From Patescibacteria group bacterium (lineage in GTDB: Bacteria > Patescibacteriota > Minisyncoccia > Phycocordibacterales > UBA1006): a stretch of 64,000 bases of DNA. Position 1 is the first letter of the stretch. Every line of letters starts with the position of its first letter. The position numbers were made by a program, and so were the translations under genes. The DNA is taken from NCBI GenBank assembly GCA_028286885.1, contig JAQBQS010000016.1, forward strand, positions 2,809-66,808. The letters are read 5' to 3'. The notes under the pieces were generated by a model. The model saw only the letters and a list, made by a program, of their open reading frames with translations. It did no database searches and had not been told where the DNA came from. Below, piece by piece: positions 56,949 to 64,000 of the stretch.

Positions 56949-57503
56949 ATGAAGAAAATAACAAACCTTCAGATCGCCCTCTGGATGGAATTGCTTCCGG
57001 CAGAGGTTTCCGGAATGATACGCCAGAGCAATGAAGATGATCTGGTGAAATTTCTAAAAGGGGACTCGGTCGATACGCTGTTGCTTCTCGATATATGCAA
57101 AGAAGGAGTTGCACAATCCTACGCAGCGGAACTGCAGCTTGTAGAAATGCTCCCTGCATTCTTGGAGCAGGAAAAGAAACTCACAGCGCAGGTTGCGGAA
57201 CTGAAATTCGGCATACCTCATCCGGACGAAAAATTTTGGAACACTGGATGTGGCTTGGTCAAACTGCTCTGCGAGACATGCAAAGTAAAAGAATGGAACA
57301 CTGCCGGAGGTCATAAAGTCGCTAGTCTCTTCGAGACAAAAGATTTTTATGTTGAGTTTCAGCCAACATGGATAAGTATGGTCGTAGGAGGCGGAATATT
57401 CTTCAAACCTCCAACTTCAAAACTTGGGCTCCTAGAAATTCTCGTAGCCGTAGAGAATTTGAAAGAGCTCGGAATGACGGGAATAAGACAGCGAGGAAAC
57501 TAA
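56949..57503 (+). CDS. hypothetical protein
   Basis: 184-aa ORF. Confidence 0.3.
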   Translation: MKKITNLQIALWMELLPAEVSGMIRQSNEDDLVKFLKGDSVDTLLLLDICKEGVAQSYAAELQLVEMLPAFLEQEKKLTAQVAELKFGIPHPDEKFWNTGCGLVKLLCETCKVKEWNTAGGHKVASLFETKDFYVEFQPTWISMVVGGGIFFKPPTSKLGLLEILVAVENLKELGMTGIRQRGN

Positions 57504-57559
57504 CTTTTTCAAACCAATCACAAACGTGTGATTGGTTTTTTATTTTTCTTCAAATTGGT

Positions 57560-58060
57560 ATGATGAAGCATATGCCAAACATCAACGTAACCCCGTTCCT
57601 CTGGTTCAACGACAACGCCGAGGAGGCCGTGAACCTGTACATGTCGCTGTTCCCAAACTCAAAACTTGTCAGCATTGCCAAGTATCCAGACACATTCCCA
57701 AGTCCGTCGATGGCCGGAAAAGTTCTGACAGCAGTCTTTGAGTTAAACGGTCGCGAATTCCGCGCAATGGACGCGGGTCCGCACGCGGAGTTTACCGATG
57801 CAATCTCGCTTCAGGTTGATGTCGATACCCAAGAAGAAGTCGACCATTTGTGGAACGGGCTGACTGCGAACGGCGGAGCTGAAAGCCGGTGCGGATGGTG
57901 CAAAGACAAGTTCGGCGTTTCTTGGCAGATCATTCCAAGAATGCTGCCAAAGCTTATCGGAGATTCTGACCGCGAAAAGTCAGCGCGCGCCATGGCTGCG
58001 ATGATGACGATGGGCAAGATCGACATTGCCAAGATTCAGGCGGCGTACGACGGGCAGTAA
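57560..58060 (+). CDS. VOC-family PhnB-like protein
   Basis: MMKHMPNINVTPFLWFNDNAEEAVNLYMSLFPNSK...CGWCKDKFGVSWQI, same family as 37713-38618. Confidence 0.55.
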   Translation: MMKHMPNINVTPFLWFNDNAEEAVNLYMSLFPNSKLVSIAKYPDTFPSPSMAGKVLTAVFELNGREFRAMDAGPHAEFTDAISLQVDVDTQEEVDHLWNGLTANGGAESRCGWCKDKFGVSWQIIPRMLPKLIGDSDREKSARAMAAMMTMGKIDIAKIQAAYDGQ

Positions 58061-58072
58061 GCCCGTTTTGTT

Positions 58073-58546
58073 TTGGAAAGCTGGTATACTTCTAGCATGA
58101 ACGAACAACTTCCCGCGAATAATCCGATCGAGAGCCTTGAGAAAAGGAAAGAGAGAAAGGAGAAACTGCGTCTCGAGATAACGTCTTTTGCCGCGGAGAT
58201 CATCGCAAGCGGCGAGACATTTCCGTTTCCCGGGCTCGACAATGAAACGTATGTGAAATGGAAGGAAAGCGAAGAATTCATCCCTTCGGAATTTGCTTTC
58301 ACTTCGATCGACGAGATTCTTGAAAAATTCAAAACCGAGGGAATGAAGCTTTCTCTCGGCGACGTATATCCCGCGGATGCGAAGCATAACGGTGCGGTCT
58401 ATGTCCTGCCGGTTTCAAGCACGAGCGTGAAAGAGGACGGATTGCTTTTGAAAAAGATAATCATCGACGGGTCGGCAGATCCTCGCATTAAAAATCTTTT
58501 CTCGAAGGTCGAAGAATATGAGAAAATAAATGTAAGAGCTGACTAG
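58073..58546 (+). CDS. hypothetical protein
   Basis: 157-aa ORF. Confidence 0.3.
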   Translation: MESWYTSSMNEQLPANNPIESLEKRKERKEKLRLEITSFAAEIIASGETFPFPGLDNETYVKWKESEEFIPSEFAFTSIDEILEKFKTEGMKLSLGDVYPADAKHNGAVYVLPVSSTSVKEDGLLLKKIIIDGSADPRIKNLFSKVEEYEKINVRAD

Positions 58547-58552
58547 TTTTCT

Positions 58553-58948
58553 ATGCAATCAAAAAATAAACTTATTGGCGTGAGCATTCTGTCGCTTGTC
58601 ATCGGGGTTCTCATAGGTTGGCTGATCTGGCACGGAGTTTCTTCAAGTCAGAGTGATCATATGACAACCCATGTTATGCCGGACGGTACCGTTATGAATC
58701 AAGATGGCAGCATGGCTATGCAGATGGACGCTATGACGAACGGGCTTGCCGGCAAAATCGGCGACGAGTTCGACCGCGCATTCCTGACAGAAATGATTGC
58801 TCATCACGAAGGGGCTGTTGCAATGGCGAACCTCGTTCTCAAAAATTCCAAGCGTCCGGAAATGATCGCGTTTGCGCACCGCATTATCGACGCGCAAAGC
58901 GGCGAAATTATCCAGATGAAGGAATGGCTGGCGCAGTGGTATCGTTAA
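58553..58948 (+). CDS. DUF305 family protein
   Basis: Signal/TM N-terminus; FDRAFLTEMIAHHEGAVAMA and KRPEMIAFAHRIIDAQSGEIIQMKEWL match the DUF305 repeat. Confidence 0.5.
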   Translation: MQSKNKLIGVSILSLVIGVLIGWLIWHGVSSSQSDHMTTHVMPDGTVMNQDGSMAMQMDAMTNGLAGKIGDEFDRAFLTEMIAHHEGAVAMANLVLKNSKRPEMIAFAHRIIDAQSGEIIQMKEWLAQWYR

Positions 58949-59348
58949 TTGGATAAATATAAAAATCCCTTTTTGGGATTTTTATATTTCAAGAAAAGCT
59001 TTATTGTAATTCTTCGTCTTGGTTGGAATCATCAGCATCCGAAGACGATGATGCTTGAGAATTTTCATTTTGTTCAGATGGATGATATCCGTTTGGATGG
59101 TCTGTTCGTCGTTCTTCGTCAGTCATTGAATCATTTCGCCTCTCTCCGTTCATAGTTGTATTCATAAAATGCAATAAAATAACCTGATAAGAATTCGACT
59201 CGAAAGTGTGGCGCGCCACACTTTCATTGTAAATCCCTTTTTAATCAGTGTCAGGAGGGACGGTGGATAAAAAAGCGGATTAAAATCCTTTTAAAAATAA
59301 AGGCTTAATATGGAGTTTCTCTTCGTACGTTCGTGCTAGAATTGGCTC

Positions 59349-60014
59349 ATGAATATTTTCGAACGACTTTGTTACAAGTTGCCGAGGGCGTTACAAAGTC
59401 TTGTTACGTTTCGCGCGATCGCGTGGTATTTGCTCGCCGTTGCCGCAACGTACGCGATCGTCATGTTCGGACTCGATGCGAACTATTTTATGTGGGCACA
59501 GACGAGTTCGCTCTACGGATTTTTCTCGCTCGCGGGATTCCTTGGATTTTTTATTCCGTTTTTCATCTTCCTTATATTTTTGGTTGTCGGATCAGTAACG
59601 AAAAACAAGCGCACGATGATGGCCGCATGGATGTCGGCGCAGGCGGGAATACTCGGCTTCGGGCTTTCATCATTCGTCAAGATTTTCACGGGGCGCATCC
59701 AGCCGCCGCACGGAATCGTTTCGAATGTTTTGCAAGTAAGCCACGGGTTCCGGTTCGGGATTCTCGAAGGCGGAGTCTTCTGGGGCTGGCCGTCATCGCA
59801 CACGGCGACCGCATTCGCGATTTCAGTTGCGATCGCTGTCTATTACAAGGACAAGAAATGGCTCGGCGTCATCGCAATCTTGTATGCGCTCTATATCGGC
59901 ATCGGCGCGTCGATGAGTTTTCATTGGCTTTCCGACGTTGTTGCGGGACTTATCTTGGGATGCGTGATCGGGGTTGCGGCGGGAAGGAATTTTCGAGAAA
60001 GTAAGAAATTATAG
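59349..60014 (+). CDS. PAP2-family phosphatase
   Basis: Motifs K..TGRIQPP (KxxxxxxRP-like), WPSSHTATAF (PSGH), SFHWLSDVVAG (SRxxxxxHxxxD-like); 6 TM. Confidence 0.55.
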   Translation: MNIFERLCYKLPRALQSLVTFRAIAWYLLAVAATYAIVMFGLDANYFMWAQTSSLYGFFSLAGFLGFFIPFFIFLIFLVVGSVTKNKRTMMAAWMSAQAGILGFGLSSFVKIFTGRIQPPHGIVSNVLQVSHGFRFGILEGGVFWGWPSSHTATAFAISVAIAVYYKDKKWLGVIAILYALYIGIGASMSFHWLSDVVAGLILGCVIGVAAGRNFRESKKL

Positions 60015-60147
60015 TTGACAAGAAAACGCCTGAAGGGAGAGATAACGAGTTAGAAAATATCTTTTCATTAATAAAAGTAATATAAATATTCAAAAACAGC
60101 GATTTCCAAATCGCTGTTTTTATGTTACTGTAATTTCGTACCCCATA

Positions 60148-60292
60148 GACCTTAGAATGCTCACCTTTCCCGAAGGATGGCTGCTTTTATTATCTGTTAT
60201 TGATAAACAAGGGCAGTCGAGTTCCGTAACAGGACCTCTTTCGGGAGGAGCACTGTCTATGGGGTACAGCTCGGCTGCCCCTTTTTGTTTTG
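60148..60292 (+). other. nested inverted-repeat element in the 5' region of gene 60340 (riboswitch/attenuator-like RNA or MITE-like element)
   Basis: Perfect 13-bp terminal inverted repeats GTACCCCATAGAC (60148-60160) and GTCTATGGGGTAC (60254-60266); inner stems TTTCCCGAAGG/CCTCTTTCGGGAGG; alternative stem GGGCAGTCGAG/CTCGGCTGCCC followed by CCTTTTTGTTTTG. Confidence 0.35.
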
Positions 60293-60339
60293 TTCGAAAT
60301 GAAAATGCGCGAGCTATTACTTAATTAGTTTTTCGTATT

Positions 60340-61083
60340 ATGTTTGCGATTTTTGGATGGGGAAGAAAATCAAAAAGTTGGCTCCTGCCGGACGGCAGCC
60401 ATGTCCTGGCTTATTGGCGTTATTTTCATATATTTTGGTGTCCTCTTGCATTTAACATTAAATGGCATTTGGTCGGTGATAATCGTTCCGAAGACAAGGT
60501 AATTACTCATGAAAAAGTAAAAGAACTGATGCCACACAATACTCCCGACTTGAATGCTTGGCAGCGATACGGGCTTCTCATGGCGGCGGGAGTTTGCATT
60601 CTTATAGCAATCATTTCCGGAGCAACATCCCAAGACACATCTTTTGCATCTTCCAACGCTCAGCAGAGCCAAGCTTCCTACAACTCACTTCCGACCGGTA
60701 CAGTTCTTTTGAAGTTGCCTAGTTATTTTGAAGGAAGTGGAAGGTTTACTATTAAAAACGGCACCAGTGACGATGCAGTTGTAAAACTTGTAGATAATTC
60801 TGCCAATACGTCCATATATTCGGTATATTTAAAGGCGAATAGTAATTATACAGTTGAAAGTATTTTAGATGGGAATTATAAAGTCATATTTACTTCGGGT
60901 AAGAATTGGGATGCGAGCAGTAACAAGTTTCTCGTGAGTCCTGATTATGAGAAGTTTGAAGATATTCTTAATTTTGAAACTACAGACGATCAGTTGACGC
61001 ATTATTCGTTGACTCTCAACCCAGTAGTAGGGGGTACTGCTGAAACTGCTACGATTAATCCATCAGAATTTAATAGTTATTGA
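60340..61083 (+). CDS. membrane-anchored extracytoplasmic hypothetical protein
   Basis: 247-aa ORF with an internal TM helix (YGLLMAAGVCILIAIISGA); the real start may be later. Confidence 0.3.
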   Translation: MFAIFGWGRKSKSWLLPDGSHVLAYWRYFHIFWCPLAFNIKWHLVGDNRSEDKVITHEKVKELMPHNTPDLNAWQRYGLLMAAGVCILIAIISGATSQDTSFASSNAQQSQASYNSLPTGTVLLKLPSYFEGSGRFTIKNGTSDDAVVKLVDNSANTSIYSVYLKANSNYTVESILDGNYKVIFTSGKNWDASSNKFLVSPDYEKFEDILNFETTDDQLTHYSLTLNPVVGGTAETATINPSEFNSY

Positions 61084-61221
61084 TTATCGTAATTACTCTT
61101 TCTTCCTGGCCTGGTTTTTTATACAGTCCGATGGTATATAGTATCTATGTCTTGTTTTCTTCTCTCGACAGTTTAATGCAAGAACTTAATAATCAATTCG
61201 AAGTAAGAAGCATTATTTGAA

Positions 61222-61473
61222 ATGAAAAAAATTCTCAGAAATCTTGTAATCGGAATGGCTGCATTTGTTGTCGCATTCGCAATGGCGAGTCCGGCATTCG
61301 CATCCAAATCGTATTACTACACGAATTCGTCGCACAACCGCGTTCATGTTCCTACATATCAGAACACGGTTCCGGCAGGAGCTTCGGCGCATTGCCGCGA
61401 CGGATCGTACAGCTATAGCCAGCATCGACGCGGGACATGTTCCGGGCATCATGGAGTTGCGTCGTGGTTATAA
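61222..61473 (+). CDS. secreted DUF3761-like protein (paralog of 25976-26221)
   Basis: Signal peptide + CRDGSYSYSQHRRGTCSGHHGVASWL; followed by the terminator AAAAAATCCTGCCCATGCAGGGTTTTTTG. Confidence 0.5.
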   Translation: MKKILRNLVIGMAAFVVAFAMASPAFASKSYYYTNSSHNRVHVPTYQNTVPAGASAHCRDGSYSYSQHRRGTCSGHHGVASWL

Positions 61474-61570
61474 TATCTAAAACAAAAAATCCTGCCCATG
61501 CAGGGTTTTTTGCCAGCTGTTTTCTTGACAAAAATTTCCAATTCAAGTACGGTGTTTTAAAATCACAACA

Positions 61571-62209
61571 ATGAATAGAAAGAAGCATATATTCTTCGAT
61601 TTCGACGGAATGAAATTCGATACGATACCCAAGCAAGTTGAATATCTGAACCAGCGTTACGGGCTGAACCTCACGGTTGACGATCATACGGACGGACTTT
61701 TTCTCGATGAAATCCTGAACAAGCATCTTCCCGCTGATAAGCACGTGACTCGGATCGATGCCTATCGCGACGTTTCAAAGTATTTCCTCGAGTCGCATGA
61801 GTGGCACGAGGGCATCATGCCGATGGAAGGAATGGCTGAAACGCTCGAAGCGTTATCCAAGGAGTATGTTCTTTGGACCGTAACGGCGCGCCAGATAGGC
61901 GGGATAGATGTCATCAAGCAGGTGCTCGACAGGCACGTGCCCAACTGCATCGAGGATATCCATTGCGTATGGAGGTACCAGGATGGAGATTTCAAGGCCG
62001 TTAGCAAGCGAGAATTCATCGAAAGTATCGACGGAGAAAAAGTCGGGTTTCTCGATGATTCGCCGTCGGAAGTGGAGCAGATTCAGGACATCGTTCCGTC
62101 ATGGCTCTTCGATCCGACCGGCAAGCATGACTCGAATACGAAAATCAAGAATCGCGTGCGCAGCTGGAGGGAGATCAAGGGCCTATTCCTCAAAAACCCA
62201 GACAATTAA
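61571..62209 (+). CDS. HAD-like hydrolase (5'-nucleotidase-like)
   Basis: N-terminal IFFDFDGM motif I. Confidence 0.45.
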   Translation: MNRKKHIFFDFDGMKFDTIPKQVEYLNQRYGLNLTVDDHTDGLFLDEILNKHLPADKHVTRIDAYRDVSKYFLESHEWHEGIMPMEGMAETLEALSKEYVLWTVTARQIGGIDVIKQVLDRHVPNCIEDIHCVWRYQDGDFKAVSKREFIESIDGEKVGFLDDSPSEVEQIQDIVPSWLFDPTGKHDSNTKIKNRVRSWREIKGLFLKNPDN

Positions 62210-62274
62210 TACAACCCGCTCGAAAGGGCGGTTTTTTATTTTCTAAAAGATCCAGTATGTGTTAATGTCATTGC

Positions 62275-63177
62275 ATGTGGCAGCTCTACGTCTTGGGATC
62301 GCTCTTCGCGTCCGCAACTGAAAACGTGATCGAGAAGGCTTCGATCATCAAAAATATTGCCGTTGATTTTTTCATCGCGTCATTCTGGCGGCCTTTTCTT
62401 TTCTTCGTCGTGACGGCATTGATCGGGATTATCGGCGTTGTCGGTCCGCTTCACTTTTCGTTTCATTGGACAATCTTGCTTCTTGCTCCTTTTGGGGCGA
62501 CAGCGTCGTTGTTTTACACCTACACGCTCAAGCATGTGGAAATTACGAATGCTTCCGCGATCGCATATGCGGCGCCGATCGTATTTTTATTCATCGATTC
62601 GAAAATCTTCCATAACGGATTTCCGTTTGCCGTGGTCGCCGGAATTTTCCTTTTGGTTCTCGGAGGAATCGGTTTCTCTCTTGATGCGACGACGAGAAAA
62701 CTAAAGTCCGAACTGACGCCGAAGGTATGGGGAATCCTGCTGTTCGGATTGGTTTGGACGGGCTTTGAAGCGTACGCGTTCAAATATTTAAACAGTATCC
62801 AAGGAGTAAACGGCGTCAGCTTCTTCGCAAGCATGTGGCTTCTTGTCTCGGCAATTCTCTTCGTCGTTGTCATCGCGAAAGGGAAAGCGAACCTTCTTGC
62901 CAGCAAGGCGACATTCGCATACGTGAAGCAGTCCCTGATGAGCAAGACGCTCGACGCGACAAGCACGGTACTGTGGGCTCAGGCGATTGCATTTGCAACG
63001 GTTGCCCAAGTCAGCGCGCTCGATGCGCTCTATCCGCTGATCATCTTTGCAATGGCGGCTATCGTGCAGGGAATCTTCCGCGTGAAGCTCGACGAGAAAT
63101 TGGACCGGCGTCATGTCTTCTTGAAGATAATTGCGACGATTATGCTGGTTGCCGGAGCGTTTCTGATCGGCGCGTAA
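62275..63177 (+). CDS. EamA/DMT-superfamily transporter
   Basis: 10 predicted TM helices in two homologous halves. Confidence 0.5.
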   Translation: MWQLYVLGSLFASATENVIEKASIIKNIAVDFFIASFWRPFLFFVVTALIGIIGVVGPLHFSFHWTILLLAPFGATASLFYTYTLKHVEITNASAIAYAAPIVFLFIDSKIFHNGFPFAVVAGIFLLVLGGIGFSLDATTRKLKSELTPKVWGILLFGLVWTGFEAYAFKYLNSIQGVNGVSFFASMWLLVSAILFVVVIAKGKANLLASKATFAYVKQSLMSKTLDATSTVLWAQAIAFATVAQVSALDALYPLIIFAMAAIVQGIFRVKLDEKLDRRHVFLKIIATIMLVAGAFLIGA

Positions 63178-63265
63178 TTTTTGAAAAAATTCCGCAATAG
63201 ATACATGGCCGCATTTTTATCGAACATGCTAAAATGGCCATACTAACAATTAACCAACCAAACCT

Positions 63266-63658
63266 ATGAATCCAGTCGTCCATTTTGAAATGCCCTATGA
63301 AGATCGCGATCGTGCCAGCACTTTTTACGAGAAGACATTCGGCTGGAAGATGAACAAGCTCGGCGCGGACATGGGCGATTACGTCGTCGCGCATACCGGT
63401 GAGACCGATGAGAAGAATATGCTGAAAGTACCTAACATGATCAACGGCGGATTTTGGAACAAGACGATGAGTCCCGCAACTGCTGTGCCGTCAGTCGTCA
63501 TTGCCGTTACCGACATGGACAAGGCGGTTGCGGACGTGAAGGCAAATGGCGGAACAATGCTCGGCGAACCGCAGGAGATTCCGGGCGTCGGACTTCACGC
63601 AGGATTTACCGATACCGAAGGCAACCGCGTAAGCTTGCTCAAGCCGAACCAGATGTAA
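63266..63658 (+). CDS. VOC/glyoxalase-family protein
   Basis: MNPVVHFEMPYEDRDRASTFYEKTFGWKM...VTDMDKAVADVKANGGTMLGEPQEIPGVG. Confidence 0.55.
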   Translation: MNPVVHFEMPYEDRDRASTFYEKTFGWKMNKLGADMGDYVVAHTGETDEKNMLKVPNMINGGFWNKTMSPATAVPSVVIAVTDMDKAVADVKANGGTMLGEPQEIPGVGLHAGFTDTEGNRVSLLKPNQM

Positions 63659-63746
63659 AACCCGAAAGGGTTTTTATTCTTGACAAATTATCATTAAAAA
63701 GTATAATCCTTCTTAATATTTCTTAACTAAACTAAATAATCAATCA

Positions 63747-64000
63747 TGAACGGCGGAATATTTTTTAACGGAAAAGCGGTAGGTATCTTGGGATGCTGCG
63801 TATTGGCATTGGGTCTTCTTGTATGTACTACGATCTGGAGCGATAAAACGTCTGATTATAATCCATCCTATGAGAATCGTGGCGGAAAAATCGCGAAGCT
63901 GTACATCGAAAACGGATGCAGAGTCGCCCTGGTGCAGGACAAAGTCGATACTCTTCAGTATATGAAACTGTCTTCATGCGATCAGACATTCGGAGACGTC
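63747..64000 (+). CDS. partial membrane-anchored protein (3' end outside window)
   Basis: MNGGIFFNGKAVGILGCCVLALGLLVC... runs to the window end. Confidence 0.3.

Noticed and set aside
59190-59235. Perfect 22-bp palindrome AAAGTGTGGCGCGCCACACTTT
   Set aside because: Most likely a bidirectional terminator or operator between weakly supported small ORFs (58949-59155 +, 59001-59219 -). Its function is not inferable.
1-64000. CRISPR arrays, rRNA genes, IS elements with transposase
   Set aside because: No regularly spaced short direct repeats, no rRNA-like conserved stretches and no transposase-like ORFs with terminal inverted repeats were seen by eye. The only mobile-element signals are the two tRNA-linked recombinases and the DGR.

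Overview
This 64 kb window is from a low-to-moderate GC bacterial genome. The gene content (HU, PrmC, RNase Y, ClpP, trigger factor, PPase, PurD, GuaA, many small secreted or lipoproteins, a DGR) suggests a small-genome uncultivated lineage, possibly CPR/Patescibacteria-like; that is inference only. All identifications are by eye from the sequence and the ORF track; no searches were run. Housekeeping genes are interspersed with three accessory regions. (1) At 0.86-6.1 kb a tRNA-Gly(TCC) is followed by a large serine recombinase and then an AT-rich cargo. The cargo carries an HTH-GHKL ATPase with a STAS-like partner, and a DUF3892-like plus DUF3800-like pair. (2) At 20.9-25.9 kb a tRNA-Asn(GTT) is followed by a truncated serine-recombinase remnant. 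A 10-bp direct repeat of the tRNA 3' end lies 2 kb downstream. The intervening DNA holds a HEPN/AbiV-like gene and a SIR2-like gene, followed by a vWA membrane protein and a coiled-coil 4-TM protein. (3) At 44.9-51.3 kb a GC-rich locus encodes a complete diversity-generating retroelement. The VR (47304-47428) lies at the 3' end of an 868-aa AAA+ (MoxR/AAA_5-like) ATPase gene. The TR is at 47696-47818, and every TR/VR mismatch sits at a TR adenine. A divergent Avd, a G14 tract and a DGR-type reverse transcriptase (LGNLTSQ and YADD motifs) follow, immediately before a vWA-domain gene. This looks like a MoxR-vWA pair whose ATPase carries a DGR-diversified C-terminal domain. A ~146-nt structured RNA motif occurs twice (3211-3358 and 23134-23279) with compensatory base-pair changes, each upstream of a membrane-protein gene inside an island. 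A terminator-plus-operator-like cassette repeats three times at 10.87-12.07 kb. No CRISPR array and no rRNA were seen.
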